From: the human T2T-CHM13v2.0 reference genome, Homo sapiens
Length of the DNA: 64,000 nucleotides
Assembly (NCBI GenBank): GCA_009914755.4
Contig: CP068257.2
Span: 36,928,001-36,992,000 of the forward strand
Direction: 5' to 3'
The stretch's first letter is position 1, and every line of letters starts with the position of its first letter. The position numbers and the translations under genes are program-made. Positions 18,700 through 29,657 of this stretch are shown here, piece after piece. The notes beneath the pieces were generated by a model. That model made no database searches and was not told where the DNA came from. It worked only from the letters and a program-made list of their open reading frames with translations.

Positions 18700-19252
18700 G
18701 AGTTTTATGGTTTAAAAAGTTAAGAAGAGCTACTAAGCCATGAAAAGACGAGGAGGAAGCTTAAATGCACATTACTATACCAGATAAGAAAATCTGAAAA
18801 GGCTACATAGTGTATGATTCCAACCATATGACAGTCTGGAAATGGCAAAACTATGGAGATGTAAAAAGATCAGTGGTTGTCAGGGCCTAGGAGGTCGGGA
18901 GGGATGAACAGACACAGCTCAGTGAATTTGAGGGGCAGTGAAACTAATCTGTATGATATTATAATGGTGGATCCGTGTCATCACCTGTTTGTCCAAACCC
19001 ACAGAACATATAACACCAAGGGTATACGGTGTTTATATTAAAGTATAACCCTAATGAGAACTCTGGACTTTGGGTGATAATGATGTGTTGATGTAGGTTC
19101 AGCCCTTGTTACACGTCAGCCACCCATGTGGGAAAATGTTGATAGTGGTGGAAGCTATGTATGTATAGGGGCAGGAATTATATGAGAACACTTGTGGTAT
19201 ATGCTCAAGTCTGTTGTGAACCTAAAACTGCTCTAAAAAATAAAGTCTGTAG
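18700..19252 (+). mobile_element. Old L1 3'UTR/3'-end fragment (L1M/L1PB-like) ending in an A-rich stretch (...ctctaaaaaataaagtctg)
   Basis: Resembles the L1 3' terminus (gatcagtggttgtcagggcctaggaggtcgggagggatgaacagacacagctcagtgaat... vs L1 '...gattagtggttgccaggggctggggg...'; ...gaacctaaaactgctctaaaaaataaag). Confidence 0.5.
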
Positions 19253-20559
19253 GTATCTATGAAAGCGCAGACACATGGTCCGTGAGAGCACGTCCTCTCT
19301 GCTATAAATTGGTTGTATGGTTACAATCATACCTAGAAAGGAGAGAAAATAAAGAGTAAGTGAATACCGACATGTTCAATTCTGCCCCAGAATACAACAA
19401 AGTCCCTGAATCACTCTTGTTTCATTGTTGCCATTGCTTATTCAATTCAGTCAACTCGTATATGTGAAGCATGTGCTACATACATAACGTATAATGCAGG
19501 ATGCAAAAATGATTATGTGATCACTTCAAGTAATTTATAATCTAGCAAACATATAAAACAGGCACACAGATAATCCTTACATAGTAAATGCCTCCTTTTT
19601 CCCCAAAATGGCAAGGAGACAAATAGCAAGGATCCGAGGACAGAGAGGCAAAATTCAGAAGGCCAGAAAGGCATGGAGCCAGAAATCCAATTCACTCGCG
19701 AGTAAGGTATCGGGAGAGAGTGGTGTACAACGTGACAGGGACACCTGTTGCTCCCAATTGTAATCTTTTCTGATTGGTTTATGCCCCTTTCCAATTACTG
19801 TGTCCATGCTAATTATCAACTATTTTTATTATCAACCCTGCAGAGGGGACTAAGAGAAAAAAAAAAACTGCTGCAAAGTGATGCTGTGTTCATTTTGCAC
19901 AGAACCCAGAAATCCTGATGAAGGAAACTGAATTGGATGCCACAAGCCTTATCTCCTGTGAATGCTGAATGACTTTGTCGGTGGGTTTTACGATAAGATG
20001 TACTTTCTTTTATATCTATTAAACAAGCTATACAGAATACTGGTAAATACACAGAAGTAAAAAGAAGAATAAAATAGATAAAATTTTCTAAGTTAAAAGC
20101 TAAGGGAAAAATAAAAAGAATTATCAATTGATGTGATCAAAGAAAAATGTTTATCTCATGGGGTGTTGGAAAAGGAACATCATAAAAATTAATAGGTAGA
20201 ATAATCATCAAAAACAATCTGCACAACAAATATGACATAGCTGAGGGGAACTATCATTAAAATATAATGTATACAAATTGCTGAGAAACTCACTACACCT
20301 TCTAAATCATGTCAAAAGAGTTGTTTGCATATAAGCTGTCTGCACTTCTTCTCTCTCTCTCTTTTTTTTTGTTCATATTCACTGCAAGGTGGCTTTTGTC
20401 CACCCATGCAAATCACTCATATGAAGGTCACAATGATGTCCAGGTGGCCAAAGCCTGTGGCTAATCCTCAGTCCTCATCTCACCGAGACAGCAGTTTCTT
20501 AGCCCTTCTCCTACCTCCACTGGCTTCTCTTCTCAGCTCCTCTGTAGTTCCCCCTCCTC

Positions 20560-21560
20560 TTTCCAACCTGTAGGCATTGGAGGGGCCCAAAGCTCAACCC
20601 TAATGCTCTTCTGCATCTTGGTCCCTAGGTGATCTCACCTAGTCACCCAGCCTCAGATAGCCTTAGGCTTAGGAATCACAAATATATCTCTCACATGACC
20701 TCTAGACTCATATCAACCTCTCAACATCACAATTTGGATATCCAACAGGCATCTCCAACTCAACACAGCCAAACCCCACTTTTGACTTCCTGCTCATTGC
20801 AACTGTCCCCTCTTGCAGATGTCCCTTTTAGAGTAGGTGGCACCATCATATACCCAGTTACAAACAAAATCTTTAAAGTCATCCTTGACTCTCCTACACT
20901 GCATATCTAATCCATCAGCAAATGCTGTCTTTTCCACCTTCAAAGTAGATCCCCAGTCTGATCATTTCTCACTACCTCCCCTTTCGCTGCCTGGTGCCTG
21001 GCAATGGCCTCCTAATTGGTCTTCCCTGTTTCAACTCTTGGTCCCCCTCTAGACTGTTCCCCACACAACAGCCAACATGGTTCTTTTAGAACTTCAACCA
21101 ATGTAAATTATACTTCAAGAAAGCTTTAAAAAATTCAATCAGATCACATCTGCTATGAACCTTCCAATGGTTCTCCTCCCGCAGTGTGCCAAATAAAATG
21201 GAAATGCCCTTATCCTTGCTTAACAGAAGTCTACAACACAGCCTCACCAGCATGCCTCCAACTCACATCCTGCAGCTTTAACCTCACTCCACACCAGCCC
21301 CCAGTCTCCTTGCCGTTACTTGAAAGTGCCAGGAGAGCTCCTGCCAAAGGGCCTTTGCACATGCTGTTCCCTCTCTCTGCAATACTCTTCCCCGTGTGAT
21401 CATACGGCTCATGCTCCCACTCCCTTCGGGTCTCAGCTTGAATGTCACCTCCTCCCTATGACCTTCCCTAACCTTTCGTGTAAAATTCTACCTCTCCCTT
21501 CCTCAGTCTCTTGCTTCTCCTGCTTTGTTCTGGAGAATACCAACCAGCACCACCTGATTT
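20560..21560 (+). mobile_element. L2 (LINE-2) 3'-region fragment, ancient mammalian-wide repeat
   Basis: Matches remembered L2 3'UTR strings: ...catatctaatccatcagcaaatgctgtcttttccaccttcaaagtagatccccagtctgatcatttctcactacctcc...; tccaatggttctcc...cagcatgcctccaactcacatcctgcagc...caaagggcctttgcacatgctgttccctctctctgcaatactcttcccc...ctcagcttgaatgtcacctcctccctatgaccttccctaacc. Confidence 0.5.
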
Positions 21561-23339
21561 GTAACTATTCCCTTGAGCACATTCTATCTCAGCCACGGGA
21601 ATGGAAGCTTCATGCAGGCGGGGACATCATCTGTTCAGTTCATGCTGTAGCCCAGCAATTCTGAATGATTAGATTGAAATTGGATCCAAAAATATCACAA
21701 ATGAGATAACGTAACTTGTTGATAAGTGTGTAAAGAGTATGAAGAGATGATCAAGCTCACAAGTTTCCAAGTGCTAACATCTATAAAACTCCATTGTCAC
21801 CCATCAAATCAGCAAAGATTAAAAACCACAATAGAATGTGATAAAATAGTGCTCTCAGATACTTCCTGGAGAAGTATAGATGGGCAGAATTGGGTGATCT
21901 GGTATCAATGATCATTCTTTCATACCAATACACCATGGGATTTTGCAATCAGAAGGTAAAGAAGACACAGAAGGAAAAGAAGGTGAAGATTAAACCAGCA
22001 AAAACCCATAATAAGTAGGACTTCTTCCTATTCATTAGTAAGAAAGAGTTGGGTGTCCCCATGGGAAAATGCTAATTTAGTGTCCTGAACCACTGTACCC
22101 TCCAATTCCTGCTTCCCCCACAACAGTGGCCCCACACTGAGTCCTACAACGAGGATAATGATCCTCAACCCCCAATTGCACAGACAGGGCTAAGTCAGAG
22201 ACAGTGATGCCAACCTTGCTGATGTCTCTAAAACACTCAACTACTGGGGGCTAACCCTAAGAAAAATTATTGACTCCGATTCCTAAGTTAATTTCCTATA
22301 AGGTGGAAGAAGCAACAAGTGTCACTTCTCTTCTGGGCTCTATGACACCAAATAGTGGAGCCGAAGAGACTTGCTGATGTTTTGAAACCCAAGGCCAAAT
22401 AATGCTCTCTAAACCCTTAGAGGTGTGACTAGGATATTCACAGAAGCCACGCAAAAGACAGCAGCCTTCAATGAAGAAACAAAGAAACAAAAAACATGGT
22501 TCCTTTTATAAATATTTATCGATTATCTAAGGCTAGGTTAATTGTTGATAACTATCAATTATCTGAGCAAGATACGCAGAAACACTTCAGGTGCTTGAAC
22601 TGCAGCATCCTGGGCTCCAACCCAAACTTACTGGAGAAGAAGCTTTAGATACCAGGAATCTGCATTTTAACCAACTCCTCAGGGAAACTGCCCCAGAGGG
22701 GGTCTAGGCTAACCATGCGCAACTTCCACCCATTCTCCTGGGAAGTGATTGTGAATCTCCTCCAAACCCCTCTTACACTTCCTGATTAAGTTGGTGCCCC
22801 CTACTGAATGTCAGCCTCACTGAATCTTAACGAGGAATCGCCAGACTGGGGGGGGGATTGTGCAGCATGTCTGGGGAACACTTCACTACTTCACTAAACC
22901 CTGCTGCACACATGCTGAACACCGTTCCAAAGGCTACAGGAACTGAGCACCGCATTGGAATCTGGCCCTGGAGGGTGCCCAGCATGGCGACCCTGAGGGG
23001 TGCAGGAACCCAGTGAGAAGGAGAAACAGAAGGTACAGTCCAGCTCGAGACCACGCACATAAAGAAATCTGTAGGCAGGGTCTCTATTATTGTGCCATAT
23101 TAAATATCTTGATATTTTAAAGCAATATTATTTTTCTGATTATAAAAGTACTCATTGTAGAAATTTTAATTGTGCCATCATCCTGCAGAAAAATGAAAGT
23201 ACAAAAAATGAAAAAGCAGCTATACACGGCCACAAAGTCACAGGGCTCATCGGGATGTGCTAACCAGGCTGGAAACTGATCAAAGCTGATTTATTGAGAA
23301 AAAATAGGCAGCATATCAAAGACTTACATCAGCTTCATA

Positions 23340-23830
23340 GTAGACAGACTTTGGGGGCGGGGGAACTCTGTCTCTTTTGAGTATATTCTCAAAAGGATAA
23401 ACTTTCACCTTCCTGTGAAGCACAGTTACTATAAATCAGATTTGCAAACTGTGAGAAATGCTTACAACTCAATGAGTCTTTTGTCAGCCAGTGGGGGCTC
23501 CATCGTGAAATCCACCCTTCGCCATAGCGATGGGATAAATCATCACCAGCCCCGAGACATCGCCTAATCCCTTCCTCGCAAGGCAGATTCGGGCGCTTTC
23601 TGCATCTGCTTCGTGTTATTGAAAAGAGCTCGGCTCATCTGCTGGGCTCTCAGGCTTCACAGTGACCTCGCACAGAACGCTGCTACTTCTGAAACTGTTT
23701 TAGACTCTTCCGTCTATGAAACAGACACAGAGTTTAAGTTTAGCGTCTTTTATGGTCAGAAATATTTAGCGTTACTTCCAGAGCGGCAGCCGTGGAACAA
23801 TGTGGGAAAGAAGTGCTTCAGTTCACTTCT
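23340..23830. promoter_or_regulatory. CpG-retaining, non-Alu block with an Sp1-type GC box (gggggcggggg at 23354-23364); candidate orphan CpG-island-like promoter or the U3 of a young LTR
   Basis: About 15 CpG dinucleotides in ~280 bp (23520-23800) at ~50% GC, so CpG observed/expected is roughly 0.8-0.9. The surrounding sequence is strongly CpG-depleted. This is a hand count. Confidence 0.3.
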
Positions 23831-23888
23831 TGGGAAGTACTGACCCTGGGTCAATTTAATTTTTTCCGTAAGATTTCCCCTTCTTACT

Positions 23889-23980
23889 TTTCTCCTTCCA
23901 CTGCTATATGTAACAGTATCTCCCCTTCCACTGCTATATGTAACAGTATCTCCCCTTCCACTGCTATATGCACCAGTATG
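23889..23980. repeat. Tandem repeat, 3 copies of a 29-bp unit (tctcc(cc)ttccactgctatatgtaacagta)
   Basis: The three copies were read directly from the sequence. The third copy diverges at its end (...tatatgcaccagtatgc). Confidence 0.85.
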
Positions 23981-26900
23981 CTAGTATACAACATTATAGA
24001 TTAATAATATGCTATATTGTTTAAAAATATTAATGTTATATAATTAACATGGTGTGCATATTATTATATTGACAATACGTAATGTGATGTGATAATAAGT
24101 CTCACTGAGTGCCAGGCACCGCTTTGAATGCTCTAAACTCATTAGCTAATTTATTCCTCGTGATTCTATGGGGTAGATGCACTATTTCATTCCCATTTTA
24201 CAGCTGAGGAAACTGAGGCAGCTAGTAACAGGTGGAGCCAAGCTTCACACTGAGATCATCTGGCCCCAGCACACTCATAAAAATGAGCAAAAGTATAAAA
24301 GCCAAAGGGAAAAGGAAGCCAAGGGGTGAAAATCCTAATTACAAACAAATCCTGGGTAAGCTGGGTTTTTAGTCCTTCCCCACATGTGAACAGCAACTAG
24401 AAACCTGAACAGTGACTTTGTTTCCCCTGTCATCCATTGTTGGTGCCTGATCCTCACACAAAATCTTACGGAGCAGTATCTAGTGATTAGCTTAGCTGAA
24501 TTGAGCCTGGACACCCTTCATGAGCTGGAGGACAGAGGACGTGTCGATGGAGGGTCCAACTTCAGGCATCTGTACTCGCCTGCTACAGGTGAGTGGACCT
24601 ATGAACCCCCAGCCTCATCAAGCACCCGAGGGTCACCTGCCTGCTTCACCTGGAAGAGACAGCAAGGTGTGATCCCAGGAAGATCCTCTGCCAGGAGGCT
24701 TACAGGCAGAAGCAGCGGCTGCTGAACATAGATGCTGTCGGCAGGACACAGGGGTGATAGGGGGTGAGCCAGTGGAGCAGGTGAAGGTGCAGACTACAGG
24801 CAGCCCCCCTGAGATCCTGCCCAGACCCCAGCAGCAGCTCCCCTGTCCCTCTCTAGCAGCTTCGCTGTGCCCGAAGTGTTTGAGAACAGGTGACCCATGC
24901 CCTGAGTGGCAGATGCTGTGTCTTTTTGATCCCTTCTCTCCCTCCCCCCCCACCCCCAGTGGGGTACATGGAAGGTTTGCTAAATGTTTGTTGAATGAAT
25001 AAACGAGCCCAAGTCAGAAGCAGTCTCCAAATCATTCCTCATCGCAAAAGGGTGCGGTGGAAAAACTCACAAAGCCAAGGCAGGAGGACACACTCAACTT
25101 GGAAACGGCCCGTGCCCAGCTTTGGAACAGGCACAGCCTGAGCTTCAAGGAAGTCACTTGACCAGCAGTAGCTCCCACCTTTCCTTGCAGCTAGAACAGC
25201 ATCAGACCAAGTGATCTCTAATGTGATGATTTGCTAAAGTACAATGAGTTTTACAACTAGAAAGTACCTTCCTCTCAAGACTGACTTCACTATGAGCCAC
25301 CTAATTTTTCCTCTCTCTTCTTTTGGTATTTTTGTTGCAAATAGTACACACAAAACAGGATATATAATCTATTTGTGCAATTTAAAGAATAAGAAGCAAA
25401 CACCTTTGCATGTACTCCCTAGTCCACAACAGTCAGCCCCAGGACCTCAGAAGCCCCTTATGCCTTTCCCCTAAAACTCTCCCCTCCCTGACAAGGTAAT
25501 TCCAATGCTGAGTTATGTGGTTTTTTTTCCTTATTTTTCTTTTCAACACATATTACGTTTCTCTGAATAATATGCTTTTTAATGTTGCCTCTTTTTAATC
25601 TTTATTTGTGGAATCATATTGTATGTAATCTGTGACTTTTTTCTACTCACATATGAGAACCATCCACACTGATACATGGCTACAGATAGACACTTGGAGT
25701 TTATTTTTCACTGCTGTATAGTACTCCATTGGTGGAGTACAATAGGTTTATGTATCCACTTTTCTGTAGATGGACACTTGGGTTGTTCTGTTTTTGCTCA
25801 TACATACCTCCTGGTGCTCAGGTACAAGGGAATACAGACCCAGGGTGAGACTGCTGGATCACAGGCTAGGCACATCTTCAGCTTTACTAGGTAACACCAA
25901 GCCAATACAAAAGTGCTTGTACAAACTCATGCTCCTGCCAGCATGGAGGACCCACTGTGCCACATAAAAACATCACTGTTATTAACTTGTTTTATTTGCA
26001 TATGATTATTTTTTCCCTTATCCCCAACCACTTCTCAAAGCAACTAGCCAGCATGTGCCACATAGGCAAGCACCCACTCCAATGTGATCTATATGGTTAG
26101 GTATGTATGTACCCTGGAAAACCCTGTGATGTTGCTTGAGGAGTATATAACTTTTTTATGTATGTAAGTAGCATGTGCTACAAAGCGCGTTCTGTTTTCT
26201 GTATTTTTCACTCCACTCAGTGTTTTGTAAAACATGCTCATGTTGCTCCATAGGTATCAGAGACAGGATGATGTTTTATCTTTAAGATGGGTACGCCACC
26301 CTCATTTTATAGATCACAGTGATAGCTCACAATTGTTTAGTACTCAGTGGGGTCTAAATGTACTAACTCGTTTAATCTCCCACGAACCCTGCAAAACAGA
26401 TGCTTCCGTTTCATATAAAATGAGACCAAGGCACAAAGAAACTAAGGAACTTGTACAAAATCACCAAGTTAGTAAACATCAGAGCAGGATTTGAATTGAG
26501 CCAGAATGTGTTCTTATCCACGACATGAAACTGGATAAGAATGCAAAGCTCAGAGAATTTTCATGACTAGCATCTCTGGGATTCACAGCTGGCGACCACG
26601 GAGCAGAACTAATATACAGATGGTTCCCCTCTCAGTCCAGTCCTCATTCCATCGGCTCCAAAATGTGTATTATTCTATATGATTAGCTGGTGAACAACAA
26701 AGGCAATTAGTTAGTCCTCTTCAGCAAATGTTAGTAAATGAAAATATTATAGAGACAGAACTCTTTTTAGGAAATGCAATCATGTGAATTTAAAAATGCT
26801 TTATCAGAAATAGAATTAATGACAAAAATATTTATAGGATCCTAAGAAAATGGATTTGCTATTTTTTTTGTCGGCTGATGATAATCATCTGGGTGCATCT

Positions 26901-27018
26901 TTGGTTGTGACAGCTCCACCCCTTCAGAGAGTTGGATCTTCATACACACCTAACATGCTAAGAGTAGATGTGCATGATATGGTAGTTAGTATAATTTCTG
27001 TAATAAAAAAAGTACTTG

Positions 27019-27320
27019 GTCATGCCTGTAATCCCAGCATTTTGGGAGGCTGAGGTGGGAGGATTGCTTGAGCCCAGAGTTTGAGACCAGCCTGGGCAAG
27101 ATAGTGAGACCTTGTCTCTGCAAAAAAAATAAAAATTAGCTGGGTGTAGCGGTGCACACCTGTAGTCCCAGCTACTCAGGAGGTTGAGGCAGGAAGATCG
27201 CTTGAGCCTGGGAGGCAGAGGCTGCAGTGAGCCATAATCATACCACTGCACTCCAGCCTGGGCAACAGAGCAAGACTATGTCTTAAAAAAAATAAATAAA
27301 AATAAATAATAAATAAAAAA
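27019..27320 (+). mobile_element. Alu SINE (older, AluJ/AluSx-like), ~13 bp 5'-truncated, with (AAATA)n-type tail
   Basis: ggtcatgcctgtaatcccagcattttgggaggctgaggtgggaggattgcttgagcccagagtttgagaccagcctgggcaagatagtgagaccttgtctc...cactgcactccagcctgggcaacagagcaagactatgtcttaaaaaaaataaataaaaataaataa. Confidence 0.85.
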
Positions 27321-27745
27321 TTTTTAAAAAAGGTACCTGGAACGGCCTGCAAAGAAAGGGAAATCAAATTATGCTTCAAGACAGTCACTATTATCACTGA
27401 CAGAGAAGCAGCTAAAATAAACAGCCTGCTCATTTTGTTTGTAAATGAATTGCCACAATTCTTGCACTATTTAAATCAAGAATATTTTATATTCCATAGT
27501 TTTCAACCACCCCTCCTTTTTTTATTGTTTCCAGCTCCTTAAACATATAAAAGGATAAAAGCCATTTGTTCTGGCAGAAAAGAGTCATCATAAATTTTGC
27601 AGAGTGAATTTCTCTAAGATGAAAGGAATGTTCCTCTCCTCCAGGACAGCCTACGGACAGGACTGTGATGACACAGAGTCTTCACGGGAATCACACCTGC
27701 AGTGTTAAGCCACTTCTGTGGAAAACTCAAGTCCTTCTCAGATAA

Positions 27746-28238
<493 letters not shown>

Positions 28239-28631
28239 TCAAAAACTCCCATATCAGGCATTTTAATGAATCAGTGGAAGAAAATTATCCTCCCAACTTT
28301 GTTGTCAAGAACCCCAATTTCATATGCAGAAAAAAGAATTACAAAAATAATTATTCGAATTCTAATTGGTGGGATTTTGATAGGTTTATAAAGGAAATAA
28401 ATATCTTTAACACAATTCTACCTCGCAGCCAACATCAGCTATTAGCAACCACACTTCTTATTGCCAGTTCATCTCTCCAAACACACAGAAGCCATGTGAG
28501 TTGAAATTTATTTTTTAAAAACTCTCAGTTATGATTTCTCAAAATTATATTTCATATATTGACATCAACCAATATGATGATGATATTATATATTGACATT
28601 AACCAATACGATCAACCAATATGATGATAAT

Positions 28632-29657
28632 TGTAGGGAAAAGAAAGAGAGATCTGACTGTTACTGTGTCTATGTAGAAAGGAAAGACATAAGAGACTCC
28701 ATTTTGAAAAAGACCTGTACTTTAAACAATTGCTTTGCTGAGATGTTGTTAATTTGTAGCTTTGCCCCAACCACTTTGCCCTAGCCACTTTGACCCAACC
28801 TGGAGCTCACAAAAACATGTGTTGTATAAAATCAATGTGTAAGGGATCTAGGGCTGTGCAGGACGTGCCTTGTTAACATGTTTACAAGCAGTATACTTGG
28901 TAAAAGTCATCGCCATTCTCTAGCCTCAATAAACCAGGGGCACAATGCACTGCGGAAAGCCGCAGGGACCTCTGCCCTTGAAAGCGGGGTATTGTCCAAG
29001 GTTTCTCCCATGTGATAGTCTGAAATATGGCCTCGTGGGATGAGAAAGACCTGACTGTCCCCCAGCCCGACACCCGTAAAGGGTCTGTGCTGAGGTGGAT
29101 TAGTAAAAGAGGAAAGCCTCTTGCAGTTGAGATAGAGGAAGGCCACTGTCTCCTGTCTGCCCCTGGGAACTGAATGTCTCAGTATAAAACCCAATTGTAC
29201 ATTTGTTCAATTCTGAGATGAGAGAAAAACCGCCCTATGGTGGAAGGTGAGACATGTTTACAGCAATGCTGCTTTGTTATTCTTTACTCCGCTGAGATGT
29301 TTGGGTGGAGAGAAACATACATCTGGCCTATGTGCACATCCAGGCATAGTACCTTCCCTTGAACTTAATTATGACATAGATTCTTTTGCTCACATGTTTT
29401 TTGCTGACCTTCTCCTTATTATCACCCTGCTCTCCTACTACATTCCTTTTTGCTAAAATAATGAAAATAATAATCAATTAAAACCGAGGGAACTCAGAGG
29501 CCGGTGCCGGTGCAGGTCCTTGGTATGCTGAGCGCCGGTCCCCTGAGCCCACTGTTGTTTCTCTATACTTTGTCTCTGTGTCTTATTTCTTTTCTCAGTC
29601 TCTCGTCCCACCTGACTAGAAATACCCACAGTTGTGGAGGGGAAGGTCACCCCTTCA
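28632..29657 (+). mobile_element. Solo LTR of the HERV-K (HML-2) group (LTR5-like, TG...CA), + orientation, flanked by a perfect 6-bp TSD GATAAT (28626-28631 and 29658-29663)
   Basis: Long stretches match the remembered LTR5 consensus: tgtagggaaaagaaagagagatc.gactgttactgtgtctatgtagaaag...; ctgcggaaagccgcagggacctctgcc...ggtattgtccaaggtttctcccatgtgatagtctgaaatatggcctcgtggga...agacctgactgtcccccagcccgacacccgtaaagggtctgtgctgaggtggattagtaaaagaggaa; ...gggaactcagaggc.ggtgc...ctatactttgtctctgtgtctt.tttcttttc..agtctctcgtcccacctga...acccacag.tgtggagggg.a...caccccttca. There is no internal gag/pol between the two ends. Confidence 0.8.
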
